From an uncultured bacterium (GTDB taxonomy: Bacteria; Patescibacteriota; Minisyncoccia; Phycocordibacterales; UBA6065), in NCBI GenBank assembly GCA_903842365.1, contig CAIMLU010000010.1, forward strand, positions 1 to 46,079: a DNA stretch of 46,079 bases, in the 5' to 3' direction. Every line of letters starts with the position of its first letter. The first letter of the stretch is position 1. The position numbers were made by a program, and so were the translations under genes. The notes beneath the pieces were generated by a model that saw only the letters and a program-made list of their open reading frames with translations, did no database searches and had not been told where the DNA came from. Of the stretch, positions 17,254 to 29,436 are shown one piece after another.

Positions 17254-17260
17254 GATATCT

Positions 17261-19603
17261 TTATTTTTTTGTTTCTGTTGGAATGATATCAACTTCACAC
17301 GCACCACCCGCACAAGCGAGTTCACGTTTCAAGTCGCCTTCATCTGTCTTTTCATACGTCATGATTTTTGAAAAGTCGATGTTACCCATCCTCTTTGAAA
17401 GTTCAGTGTAACGAGCTTCATCAATCGATTCATATGGAGCCAATTGGTATACATGATCCTCACGTGGAAGGAATGAAAGCCCTCCAACGATATCCCAATT
17501 CTTGTAGACCCAATTTGCAACCTCGAGCCACTCATCATCACCCACCGAGACTGTTACTGATGGATTATGTTCGGTGTACGCAATTTTGACCATCTTCCAG
17601 TGCTCAAGCTGCTCGAGCGCAGTCAAATCATTCTTGTAAATCGAACCTTTTGGTGAACGAACCGGGAATTCAAGAACAAACGTTGTTGCTGATTCCAATG
17701 TCTGACCCACCTCAGGTTGGTATGGAATGCCTTGATCTTTCATCATTTTGAAGAGTGAATCCGTTGCAGCAATGCGGACACGTCTGATGTAAAACTCTGA
17801 ATGACGTGGGTGCATACCTGACGAACAATCAACAGTTTGCGATACAGTACCCGATGGCTTAACACACGTAATCGAAGTTGACTGACTCACACCAAAACGC
17901 TTTGCAAATTCCTTATTCATCTTTACTGATTCCTTGCGGAGCTTTTCAAGCACTTCGGGCTTCCTGACTTCTGGACAGTCCCACTGACCGGTAAGCGACA
18001 CACCGAGAAGTCGTTCTTCTTCACAATGAGTCTTCCATTCCTTTGAAAGATATGGGAAGTAAGTGAGCGTTGATTGGAAAGTACCGATAATGGTTGCGAG
18101 ACGAATTTTCTTGAGAAGTGTTTTCTCGGTATCTTCGTTTCGAGCAACAATTTCAGAAAGATTACAAAACTGTTTTGATTGGAGGATGATTTCACCACAT
18201 GGGTTTGTCCCAATGAAACCAACCATACGAGTACCCGTCGAATCGAAATAATCCTTATGCTTTTCTTTCAAGAGTTCAATGCGACGAATAGGCATTGTCT
18301 TTGCAAGAGAACCACGGTTAAAGATTCCACGTTCGCCACTCTTTCCTTTAACAAGTGATGTCCACTCGTCCAAGAATTCTTCTGCTGTTGGTTTTGTTAT
18401 GTAAACAGCCGAGTTGTTAGCTAGAGCACGGTGTGGATTCGTAAGGTAGAACTGCCCATCCTTCGCGTGACGAATTTGCTCATCATCAAGGTCGGAAAGA
18501 GAGATGGTTGCACTACGGCGAACACCGCCAGAGACGACACAGTCTGCAATCATACAAATAATGTCGTACACATCAAGGTTTGAAAGACGCTTACCTTGCT
18601 TTTTAAGCATGGTATCGCGAGTAAAATTCAAAAGCTTACGAAGTGGTGCTGGACCTGATGATTTTCCACCCATAGTCTTTAATCGAGCACCGGCAGGACG
18701 AAGCTGTGAATAATCAAATTCGACATCCTTACCAGCCGCCCACGCCTTCATACCAACCACAAGAGAATCAGCCCAACCTTCTTTATTGTCTGGAATAACG
18801 TGTACTGAAAGCTTTTCACCCATTTGATGCTCTATTTGAGGAAACTTTTGAACGTTAGCACTCTCAACACTGTACCCTGCTCCGGTACCACACATTGAGA
18901 TATACATTATTTCTGCAAGGTCTTGGAACGATGAAGGTGCGATATACGAACAATTGTAGGCACAAACGTTTGTTGCATGTGCTGCTTTGCCTGCAAACTG
19001 AAGAAGTCGCATTGATGGCATAACTTCTTGTTTCAAAATTGCTTCACGAACATCTTTGTATTCCGTATCCTTGAGTTTATTACCCAAGTTTTCCTTCATA
19101 AATCCAATGTAACGATCGACAGTTTCAATCCATGTCTCACGCCTTCCCTCTCCTTCAATCCACTTTGCGTATGTACGATAGTAAATAAATTCACCAAGTG
19201 CTGTACGGAAATATTTTTTACTCTCTTCGGTAAGTGCCCTGACGTTTTCAGGTACCTCAATACCACGTATATCACGAAGCCGAGCACGTTCTTCACGGTA
19301 AAGAATGAAAGCCTTTGCTGTTTTAACATATTCAGAAAGAATGAGTTCTTTCTCAACACTGTCTTGTATACCTTCAACATGAGGTATGAAGTTTTTGTGC
19401 TTCCTTGAAATACGAACTAAGTCGGCAACAACTTTGTTCGCCACCATTTCTGCCTCTCCTTCGGAACCCTCGTTAGATGCAATCATTGCCTTACTAATCG
19501 CACTTACAACTCGATCAAAATCAAACGGTACTATAAGACCATTTCGTTTCTGAATCTTCTTTATCATTTCGTACGCTTCGTTTTTCTTTGAAGGCTTTAC
19601 CAT
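17261..19603 (-). CDS. nrdJ: adenosylcobalamin-dependent (class II) ribonucleotide reductase with an N-terminal ATP-cone
   Basis: 780 aa. ATP-cone-like N-terminus (IQKRNGLIVPFDFDRVVSAISKAM). Catalytic-core motifs NPCGEI and the family TGTNPCGEIxL region. C-terminal Cys pair (ACAGGACEV). No separate beta subunit is adjacent. Confidence 0.88.
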   Translation of the reverse strand: MVKPSKKNEAYEMIKKIQKRNGLIVPFDFDRVVSAISKAMIASNEGSEGEAEMVANKVVADLVRISRKHKNFIPHVEGIQDSVEKELILSEYVKTAKAFILYREERARLRDIRGIEVPENVRALTEESKKYFRTALGEFIYYRTYAKWIEGEGRRETWIETVDRYIGFMKENLGNKLKDTEYKDVREAILKQEVMPSMRLLQFAGKAAHATNVCAYNCSYIAPSSFQDLAEIMYISMCGTGAGYSVESANVQKFPQIEHQMGEKLSVHVIPDNKEGWADSLVVGMKAWAAGKDVEFDYSQLRPAGARLKTMGGKSSGPAPLRKLLNFTRDTMLKKQGKRLSNLDVYDIICMIADCVVSGGVRRSATISLSDLDDEQIRHAKDGQFYLTNPHRALANNSAVYITKPTAEEFLDEWTSLVKGKSGERGIFNRGSLAKTMPIRRIELLKEKHKDYFDSTGTRMVGFIGTNPCGEIILQSKQFCNLSEIVARNEDTEKTLLKKIRLATIIGTFQSTLTYFPYLSKEWKTHCEEERLLGVSLTGQWDCPEVRKPEVLEKLRKESVKMNKEFAKRFGVSQSTSITCVKPSGTVSQTVDCSSGMHPRHSEFYIRRVRIAATDSLFKMMKDQGIPYQPEVGQTLESATTFVLEFPVRSPKGSIYKNDLTALEQLEHWKMVKIAYTEHNPSVTVSVGDDEWLEVANWVYKNWDIVGGLSFLPREDHVYQLAPYESIDEARYTELSKRMGNIDFSKIMTYEKTDEGDLKRELACAGGACEVDIIPTETKK

Positions 19604-19769
19604 CGTTTCTGTTTAGTTATGTCCGTAGCACTTATAAATGACTCTTACAGAGATAATTTTAGTACGAAGTAAGTATGATGCAACACGAAAAAATGGTTTT
19701 TCCCACCCGTGATACATTTTCACAATAATGTAAATCACACTTTCCCACTTCGCCCATTTTTACAAGAGA

Positions 19770-19794
19770 AAACAGGTGCCTATTTGCACCTGTT
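19770..19794 (-). terminator. intrinsic terminator after the DUF192 gene, upstream of nrdJ
   Basis: aaacaggtgc-ctattt-gcacctgttt hairpin, followed on the minus strand by a T-rich run. Confidence 0.55.
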
Positions 19795-19828
19795 TGACGC
19801 TCTGTGATTCTTTTTTTCTAAAATAACA

Positions 19829-20401
19829 CTACTCGATGATGATTCGCTGACCAGTCTTGAGCTTAGTCTTCTCAATAGTTCCAACTGGAAACTCAATTAC
19901 ATATCTTGAGGGTAATGCTTTTTGGTACAGAACAACAAGATCGGCAATGTCCTCTCTTATGACACCAGGAAAGAACATCTTACAATTAAGCTCTGACCGG
20001 CATGATGTGGTGGACATATTTTCTTTCATATCGACGACAGATCCTCTGTTGTCTAACCAAACAACATCTATTGGATATTGCATATCCTTCATCCAAATAC
20101 CCCACTTATCATCTGCTGGAAAAACAAAGAGCATTGCAGATGTTGATGCGAGAGGCACTGTCCCGGACAATCCACGAATCCTCTCTTCTTCGGTCACAGC
20201 CTTGTATGCCAAAAAATGATTACCATTTGCTGTTACGGTTGTTGTCGCCATAAACGTGAGCGCTGTATTTTCTGGAATATTTTCCACAGGAGTCAGAGAA
20301 CGCTCATGAAAAATAACATAAGAAACCATGAGTCCCACGATAAACATGGCAATGACGAGTCCGAGAACAACCTTCCACACAGATTTTTCAGAAAGTGCCA
20401 T
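19829..20401 (-). CDS. DUF192 (COG1430) domain protein with an N-terminal membrane anchor
   Basis: TM helix VVLGLVIAMFIVGLMV. Core pattern EERIRGLSG...MLFVF...WMKDMQYPIDVVWLD typical of DUF192. Confidence 0.65.
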   Translation of the reverse strand: MALSEKSVWKVVLGLVIAMFIVGLMVSYVIFHERSLTPVENIPENTALTFMATTTVTANGNHFLAYKAVTEEERIRGLSGTVPLASTSAMLFVFPADDKWGIWMKDMQYPIDVVWLDNRGSVVDMKENMSTTSCRSELNCKMFFPGVIREDIADLVVLYQKALPSRYVIEFPVGTIEKTKLKTGQRIIIE

Positions 20402-20419
20402 AGAGATGTAATAGAGAAA

Positions 20420-21883
20420 TTAACCAATAATCTTTTTTATTGTATCACGAAGAACGCCAGGGTTGGCGGATCCCTTTGAGACTTTCATTCCCTGACCAAC
20501 CAAAAACTGGAGTGATGCCTCTTTACCCGCCTTGTATTCCGCGACAACATTGGGGTGAGACTCAATAACCTCTTTTGCTATTTTCTCCATAGAACCAGTA
20601 TCGCTCACCTGTTTCAACCCCTTCTCAGTTGCTATTGTTTCTGGATTTCCACCTAAAGAAACCATGATAACAAGAATGTCTTTTGCACCACGAGATGAGA
20701 CTACGTTTGTGGCTACCATACGGATGAGCCCTGCAAAATCTTTTGCTGAAAAAGCGAGTCGTGCAATCGCTTCATCGAGCGGTAAATCGCTTTTCTTAAT
20801 ATGCGACATGAAATCAGAAAGTATGTAGTTTGCTGCGAGCGCGATCATGTCTTTTTTATCCTCAAGCACAAGGGCAACATGTTCAAAAAACTGTGCAAGA
20901 ACAGGCTCAGAAACAAGAACCTCTATATCAGCATCTTTAATACCATACTCGGTTTTGAGACGATTACGCTTTGCTTGTGGCAACTCAGGAAGCGATGACA
21001 TGATATCGTCAATCGCAAAACCAGGAACTTCCTTTAAAACAAGTTTTGGTAAATCAGGATCTGGAAAATATCGATAGTCATGAGAGTTCTCTTTTTTACG
21101 CTGACTAAATGTCTTTTGTCCAACTTCGTCCCAACCTCGTGTTTCTTGGATTATTTTTTCCCCACGCTCAATGAGCCCAGTATGACGTTCGACTTCATAT
21201 GCAATAGCACGTTCGACTGCCTTAAAGGAATTAAGGTTTTTAACCTCAACCTTGGTACCAAACACCTTTGGATAGCCGCGTTCATCAGTACCCAAATCTT
21301 CCGCAACTGAAATATTAGCCTCAACACGCATCTCGCCTTTTTCCATATTTGCATCCGACACGCCAAGGTAGCGGAGGAGAAGCTGCAACTCCTTTCCGAA
21401 CGCACTCGCCTGCTCTGGAGTAGTAATGAGGGGCTCTGTCACAAGTTCCATAAGTGGCACACCCGCACGATTGAAATCAACGAGCGAATAGTTTCCCTCA
21501 TCATGTCCTGACGCAGCAGTATCTTCTTCGAGGTGAATACGCGTAAGTGGCACACCGCAAACAGAACCACCAACAACGAGTGGATATTTGTACTGACTCA
21601 ATTGATATCCCTTTGGAATATCTGGGTAGAAATAATTTTTGCGATCAAATTCAGTAAAATTAAATTCAAGGGCACCACCAACAGCGGCACCCACACGAAG
21701 GACGTGACGCACTGCTGCTTTGTTTATCACAGGGAGTGTTCCTGGATGACCCATACAAACAGGGCAAATATTGTGATTGGGACGAGTTTCATGGGCATCA
21801 TTCACACAAGCACAAAACATCTTCGAGCGTGTTTTAAGCTCTGCGTGTATTTCAAGCCCAACCGTTGTTCTGTATTTTTTCAT
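20420..21883 (-). CDS. gatB: Asp/Glu-tRNA(Asn/Gln) amidotransferase subunit B
   Basis: VGLEIHAELKTRSKMFC, the NxxxCPVCxGxPGxLP zinc-type motif, and a C-terminal YqeY/GatB domain. The Met at 21883 matches the family start. Confidence 0.95.
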   Translation of the reverse strand: MKKYRTTVGLEIHAELKTRSKMFCACVNDAHETRPNHNICPVCMGHPGTLPVINKAAVRHVLRVGAAVGGALEFNFTEFDRKNYFYPDIPKGYQLSQYKYPLVVGGSVCGVPLTRIHLEEDTAASGHDEGNYSLVDFNRAGVPLMELVTEPLITTPEQASAFGKELQLLLRYLGVSDANMEKGEMRVEANISVAEDLGTDERGYPKVFGTKVEVKNLNSFKAVERAIAYEVERHTGLIERGEKIIQETRGWDEVGQKTFSQRKKENSHDYRYFPDPDLPKLVLKEVPGFAIDDIMSSLPELPQAKRNRLKTEYGIKDADIEVLVSEPVLAQFFEHVALVLEDKKDMIALAANYILSDFMSHIKKSDLPLDEAIARLAFSAKDFAGLIRMVATNVVSSRGAKDILVIMVSLGGNPETIATEKGLKQVSDTGSMEKIAKEVIESHPNVVAEYKAGKEASLQFLVGQGMKVSKGSANPGVLRDTIKKIIG

Positions 21884-21902
21884 AATGAGATCAAGACCAG
21901 AT

Positions 21903-22466
21903 TTAGATGTAGTAATACTCTTCAAAGACTTTCTTATACAAACCAATCACCCTCTTTGCATCACGCTCCGATAATTGATAATTCGAACCTTGGTGCGCAA
22001 CGAGATTACGAACCTTGTGTGCCTCCCATGCAGCGTCAAGATTTTGCATATCACCAACATCAACAGACTTTAAACGTTCACCAAGTGAATCACCCTGATA
22101 CCCAGCACTCTTGAGTATTTCGTCGAGCATAATATCCGCCTCAACAATCGCCATTCTCCAATCATTTGGATTAGGAGAGTTAACATGCGAGACAACGCGT
22201 TGCCACTTTTCATTGAGTTTAGTGTTTGGTTTTACCTCTGCATCCCCATGCGGTAGGACGAGTTTATCTTTTTCAACAATCTTTCCAAGCTCTTTCTTTG
22301 AGTGATATATAACCCAACCAAGAAAGCCGGCAATAATAAGGGCAGGTATATGAAACCATCGTACAACAACGAAAAATATATTGAGTACATGAATCCAATC
22401 AGTTGATCGAACAAAATCAACAATGGCTGTAATGATGTATTCAAGATTAAGAAAGTGGACGTTCAT
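21903..22466 (-). CDS. hypothetical membrane-anchored protein (187 aa) inserted between gatA and gatB
   Basis: Two N-terminal TM helices, then a soluble helical domain (NPNDWRMAIVEADIMLDEIL...AWEAHKVRNLVAHQGS...). Gaps of 8 nt and 19 nt to the neighbouring gat genes. Confidence 0.55.
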   Translation of the reverse strand: MNVHFLNLEYIITAIVDFVRSTDWIHVLNIFFVVVRWFHIPALIIAGFLGWVIYHSKKELGKIVEKDKLVLPHGDAEVKPNTKLNEKWQRVVSHVNSPNPNDWRMAIVEADIMLDEILKSAGYQGDSLGERLKSVDVGDMQNLDAAWEAHKVRNLVAHQGSNYQLSERDAKRVIGLYKKVFEEYYYI

Positions 22467-22474
22467 ACACTCTT

Positions 22475-23902
22475 CTATTTAATTTCACCCAAAAAAACTT
22501 CGGTCACTCCAAGAAGAAGATCCTCAGCACCCTGTTTCGCTGAAAACTGCACGCCAATAGGGAGATTCTTCCCATCAATTTCAACACTCCCCGCTGGCAC
22601 TGAGAGTGCAGGAATACCAACAAGATTCGCAGGTACAGTAAAGATATCTTCGAGGTACATTGCCACAGGATCAGAAACCTTTTCACCAACCCTAAACGCA
22701 GGTGATGGAGCTGTAGGGGTGACAATAACATCGACCAGTTCAAATGCTTTTACAAAATCATTTTTAATGAGTTCACGAACACTATTCGCTTTGTTGTAAT
22801 ACGCATCATAGTAACCAGATGATAGTACATATGTACCAAGCATTATACGGCGACGCGCTTCCCTACCAAACCCCGACGCACGGGTGAGTAAATAATCCTC
22901 AAGGAGATCTTTACCTTCAACCTTTGCACCAAACTTTACGCCATCAAAGCGTGAAAGGTTCGTTGAAACCTCTGCAGGCATAATCACATAGTAAACCGCC
23001 AAGCTGTATTTAATATTTGGAAGTTCTATGTCTTTTATTTCATACCCAAGACCCGCGAGGCGTTTGAGTGATTCATCAAAACTTTTGATAACCGCAGGAT
23101 CTATACCATCACCGGTAAGGAAGGAGCGAGGTACGCCAATAATTGGTTTCTTTTGAGAATTAACAGCAGGTATGTCGATTGACGTACTATCAAAACTATC
23201 TTTACCCTTCATTGCATCAAAGAGAATGCGTGAATCTCGAACTGTTTTTGTAATAGTACCAATAACATCAAGAGATGAACCCATAGCCATCAATCCGTGA
23301 CGTGAAATAGAACCATAGGTTGGTTTAAATCCGACAACACCACAGTAACTTGCTGGTTGACGAACCGAGCCACCAGTATCTGATCCCAAAGCAGCAAGAG
23401 CTCCATTCATAGAAACAGCTGCGGCTGAACCACCAGACGAACCACCAGCAACACGAGATACATCGTGAGGATTACGAGTTACTCCGTACGCCGAATTTTC
23501 AGTAGATCCCCCCATCGCGAACTCATCCATGTTTACTCGGCCCAAAAAAACAACACCGGCATCACGCAATTTTTTGATAGCAGTCGCATCATATGGCGCA
23601 ACGTACCCTTCAAGGATCTTTGAAGCAGAACCAACGCGACGTCCTTTGATAAGGATATTATCCTTAATTGCAATAGGAATTCCAGCAAGCATATTTTCAG
23701 GCTTAACCAAACTTTGGGCTTTTGTCGCCTGTTCTAAAACATCATCAAAAACTTCCAAATACGCATTAATATCCTTGTTCTTCTCGGCAATTTCATCGAG
23801 GTACGCCTGTGCCAGTTCAGCTGCGGTAAAATCACCACGGACAAGTGCGGCGTGTGCTAATTCTATAGTGAGTGCCTTTAAATCTATTATACTTTTTGCC
23901 AT
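22475..23902 (-). CDS. gatA: Glu-tRNA(Gln) amidotransferase subunit A
   Basis: Amidase signature GGSSGGSAAAV and a Ser-cisSer-Lys catalytic context. 475 aa. Confidence 0.95.
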   Translation of the reverse strand: MAKSIIDLKALTIELAHAALVRGDFTAAELAQAYLDEIAEKNKDINAYLEVFDDVLEQATKAQSLVKPENMLAGIPIAIKDNILIKGRRVGSASKILEGYVAPYDATAIKKLRDAGVVFLGRVNMDEFAMGGSTENSAYGVTRNPHDVSRVAGGSSGGSAAAVSMNGALAALGSDTGGSVRQPASYCGVVGFKPTYGSISRHGLMAMGSSLDVIGTITKTVRDSRILFDAMKGKDSFDSTSIDIPAVNSQKKPIIGVPRSFLTGDGIDPAVIKSFDESLKRLAGLGYEIKDIELPNIKYSLAVYYVIMPAEVSTNLSRFDGVKFGAKVEGKDLLEDYLLTRASGFGREARRRIMLGTYVLSSGYYDAYYNKANSVRELIKNDFVKAFELVDVIVTPTAPSPAFRVGEKVSDPVAMYLEDIFTVPANLVGIPALSVPAGSVEIDGKNLPIGVQFSAKQGAEDLLLGVTEVFLGEIK

Positions 23903-23909
23903 AGACTGT

Positions 23910-24191
23910 TTAGAGAATCTTTTTAACTTTTACAAAATCACCGTCATGAGCTGGCGCAGAATCAACAAGCGCACGGGTATATGACCCACCAGCGTTTTGT
24001 GGAATATCTTCACGCATTACATTCCTATTGCTACCCACAATAGTAGTTGCGGTCGTTTCATGCACCTCTTTCAATTGATCAACGTACAGCAAAATTGAAC
24101 CAATATCGGTTTGCATCTTTTCCGCCTCGGCTTCTGTTAATTTAAGACGGGCGAGTTCGGCCAATTTCTCTATATCCTGCTTAGTTATCAT
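23910..24191 (-). CDS. gatC: Asp/Glu-tRNA amidotransferase subunit C
   Basis: ITKQDIEKLAELARLKLTEAEAEKM...REDIP pattern. The Met at 24191 gives the usual size of about 94 aa. Confidence 0.85.
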   Translation of the reverse strand: MITKQDIEKLAELARLKLTEAEAEKMQTDIGSILLYVDQLKEVHETTATTIVGSNRNVMREDIPQNAGGSYTRALVDSAPAHDGDFVKVKKIL

Positions 24192-24252
24192 ACAAACAGT
24201 ACTATACCAAAAAAACCCTTCCTTTTGTAGGGCTCTTTTTATACAGCATGTT

Positions 24253-26806
<2,554 letters not shown>

Positions 26807-26811
26807 AACGA

Positions 26812-27396
26812 TTAGAAGTTAAAAATACGTTCTGTTTCAGTAATCTTTCTCACAGCACTAAAGGTATTTGGCTTCCAACTAACAGCAACCGAAATATCCG
26901 CCTCCCTACCTAGAACAGGTTGAGTTATGATAATTTGACGAGAAAACTGCGTCGCAATTGAACCAGATACGTTTTGGTGACTATAAATAGAGGTTACTGG
27001 ATCAAAATAGAGCCGATCGTTCCCTGGCACAAACGACCGTATCGCGTCTGACTCATTCGCAGCAAGATTCGTATTTATCACGCAGGGTGATCCAAGTATA
27101 CATTCAGATAATGTTAAACCATTTGCCCCACCAGTCAACCAATCAGTTGCTGGATTTCCGTTGTTTCGGTGGAGCCTATTACTATCACGAACATTGCGAA
27201 CATATTCAATAGCGTCTTGTGCCAAATAGTACGCGGTTATTTGGTCACGAGCATACATTGCAGACGAAAGACTTTTTTGAGCAATGGTCATAGGGCCTGT
27301 CACCGCCAAAGAAAGCACCGCAATAGCAATGAGTGTTTCAATAAGGGTAAAGCCTTTATGAACCGGTGACTGTTTTAAAAAAGAAAGAGTAGTCAT
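26812..27396 (-). CDS. type IV minor pilin / pseudopilin
   Basis: Class III signal HKG|FTLIETLIAIAVLSLAV (the G-FTLIE N-methylation motif). Confidence 0.75.
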   Translation of the reverse strand: MTTLSFLKQSPVHKGFTLIETLIAIAVLSLAVTGPMTIAQKSLSSAMYARDQITAYYLAQDAIEYVRNVRDSNRLHRNNGNPATDWLTGGANGLTLSECILGSPCVINTNLAANESDAIRSFVPGNDRLYFDPVTSIYSHQNVSGSIATQFSRQIIITQPVLGREADISVAVSWKPNTFSAVRKITETERIFNF

Positions 27397-27401
27397 GGTT
27401 T

Positions 27402-27950
27402 TTATGAGTCTATTGATCTCTGTGAGATAGTTGTCTGGATGTTAAAACTCGACTTTGAATTACCCAAACCAATTGTGCCATTAATAACAAGTATGATACG
27501 TGGTTGAATATCATCAGTGCCAATTCCAAGAGGATAAAAACGCATTGATTCAATCGAAACTTCCGAAGCGGTCATGTCAGCAGTTGAATCAACGCAAGCA
27601 TTTGATCCCATCAAACGTATAATTTTTTTATTAGCAGAATCATACTTGTATTCTATGTGAGGCAATACAGAACTACCGCAGATAGCATGATTAGGAGTGA
27701 AAATAAAATCAGTACAATAAGGAGCACTGCAGTTGTAATTTGAACCCATACGAATTTCGCGCGTCATACTTTCAAGCGCAAAATTAAGATTCGTCATGAC
27801 TGATTTAAGGGAATGCGCTTTTTTATTTGCATCAATAATAGTCGCAAGTGAACCAATTGCGACGAGCATAACTATTGAAAATATCGCCACTGAAACGAGC
27901 ACTTCGACAACAGTGAATCCTCTATTTTGTTTTGGTGTGTAGATGGGCAT
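27402..27950 (-). CDS. type IV minor pilin / pseudopilin
   Basis: NRG|FTVVEVLVSVAIFSIVML prepilin motif. Confidence 0.75.
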   Translation of the reverse strand: MPIYTPKQNRGFTVVEVLVSVAIFSIVMLVAIGSLATIIDANKKAHSLKSVMTNLNFALESMTREIRMGSNYNCSAPYCTDFIFTPNHAICGSSVLPHIEYKYDSANKKIIRLMGSNACVDSTADMTASEVSIESMRFYPLGIGTDDIQPRIILVINGTIGLGNSKSSFNIQTTISQRSIDS

Positions 27951-27955
27951 ATGCG

Positions 27956-28612
27956 TTAGTTACAATCACTTGCATTTCCAGAAATAACTGATATTTGTCC
28001 AGTTGTATTCACGAAAATTTTCCTCTGTGATCCGTCGGGTGCTTTAACGCAAATATGAGCAGATGGATATGTTCCCGGTTGACCACTCTTGCGAATTTCT
28101 GCATCAGGATTTGGTCTCAAGAAAGTAATATCAAGATAATCACTAGGAGAAAACATTTCTGCTGGATCAACACAATTATCTACACAGATTTTCGAAATGG
28201 TCGCCCCACGACGAAGCGAAAAAACCTCGACCTTTCTATCAGAAGAATTGTAGACATGATCAGGATTTGGCGGATCATTATCAGGTGGAGAACTCACGTC
28301 TTCAAATAAAAAGAATGAGCCTGAATTGGGAACAAAATGAATACCGTATCCGGACTGAAATTGTAAACCAGTACCGGCAACCGTGCCAGCAGTTTTTTTA
28401 ATATTAACACCATAGGATTGTGCCTCACGAATCGCGAGGGCAACTTCATACGCGGTGTTTGTAAGGAGGATTGAGGAATTAAATCTACTGTTATTGAATA
28501 CCGCCACTGTTGTGATGACGGAAAAGATTGCCACCGACGTCAAAAGCTCGATCAGGGTGAACCCCCTATCTGCCCTACTCGCTGTTTTTTTGTGTGGTGA
28601 GAGCAATTTCAT
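27956..28612 (-). CDS. type IV minor pilin / pseudopilin
   Basis: DRG|FTLIELLTSVAIFSVITTV prepilin motif. Confidence 0.75.
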   Translation of the reverse strand: MKLLSPHKKTASRADRGFTLIELLTSVAIFSVITTVAVFNNSRFNSSILLTNTAYEVALAIREAQSYGVNIKKTAGTVAGTGLQFQSGYGIHFVPNSGSFFLFEDVSSPPDNDPPNPDHVYNSSDRKVEVFSLRRGATISKICVDNCVDPAEMFSPSDYLDITFLRPNPDAEIRKSGQPGTYPSAHICVKAPDGSQRKIFVNTTGQISVISGNASDCN

Positions 28613-28623
28613 ACTAGAAACAA

Positions 28624-29433
28624 TTATAAACCAAACGAGACATAGTGTGCTATGGCTGCCATGTCCACAGAGAAAAAGAAGGCGATGGCAGTTCCAACCG
28701 CAAGAAATGGACCAAACGGAACTTCAGATTTAAGTGATAGTCCTTTTTTCTTTAGAAAAACTTTTTGCACCGCAATGATTCCTAGGGTGCAAATAGTTCC
28801 AACCCAAAAGGCAAGCATCATCGCAGCAACACCTTGAGAAAGCCCGAGGAAAAAAGCGAGTCCGACGGAAAGTTTTGCATCACCGAGGCCAATTCCTTTT
28901 CCGCGCGTGATAATCCAAACGATAAGAAAAAAGAATGGGATATAGATAGCGGCCAAAAGATCGTTAGGATTTGGTACAACGAATGCGCCTGTTCGAACAA
29001 ATGAAAACGCACACCCTAACATCGCGAGGATGAGTGAGTGAAAATCAAAAATGAGTTTGTGCCGTATATCGTATGCAGATACAACAATGAGGAGAAGAAA
29101 AAACGCAGCGGCAAGAATCCATGAGACGAAACCAATCACCGAAAGTGGTTGTATAACAACGTAGGATCCGACAACAATAACAGTCGAAATTATTTCAACG
29201 ACTGGATACTGCCATGATATACGTGACTTACACCCACGGCATTTACCCTTCTGTACAAAAAAACTAAATACCGGAACAAGCTCCTTCCATGTAAGCGTTT
29301 TACCACATGAGAAACACTGTGACCTCCCCTTTGCTGGAGACAAACCTGATCCAATGCGAAGGATAACAACATTGAGGAAACTACCCACAATGAGCCCCAT
29401 ACCTGTAATGAATATGTAGAAAATGAAATCCAT
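28624..29433 (-). CDS. pilD: prepilin peptidase (A24 family)
   Basis: N-terminal CFSCGKTL...CRGCKSRISWQYP zinc-binding cysteines and a polytopic body with GLGDAKL, the catalytic Asp motif. Confidence 0.88.
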   Translation of the reverse strand: MDFIFYIFITGMGLIVGSFLNVVILRIGSGLSPAKGRSQCFSCGKTLTWKELVPVFSFFVQKGKCRGCKSRISWQYPVVEIISTVIVVGSYVVIQPLSVIGFVSWILAAAFFLLLIVVSAYDIRHKLIFDFHSLILAMLGCAFSFVRTGAFVVPNPNDLLAAIYIPFFFLIVWIITRGKGIGLGDAKLSVGLAFFLGLSQGVAAMMLAFWVGTICTLGIIAVQKVFLKKKGLSLKSEVPFGPFLAVGTAIAFFFSVDMAAIAHYVSFGL

Positions 29434-29436
29434 ACG

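Noticed and set aside
19700-19745. NrdR box or cobalamin riboswitch upstream of nrdJ
   Set aside because: The sequence gtgatacattttcacaataatgtaaatcacac contains CACA/TGTG-like half-sites but no 16-bp palindrome matching the NrdR consensus as I remember it. No B12-box-like GCCACTG element was seen. This cannot be settled without a matrix or covariance-model search.
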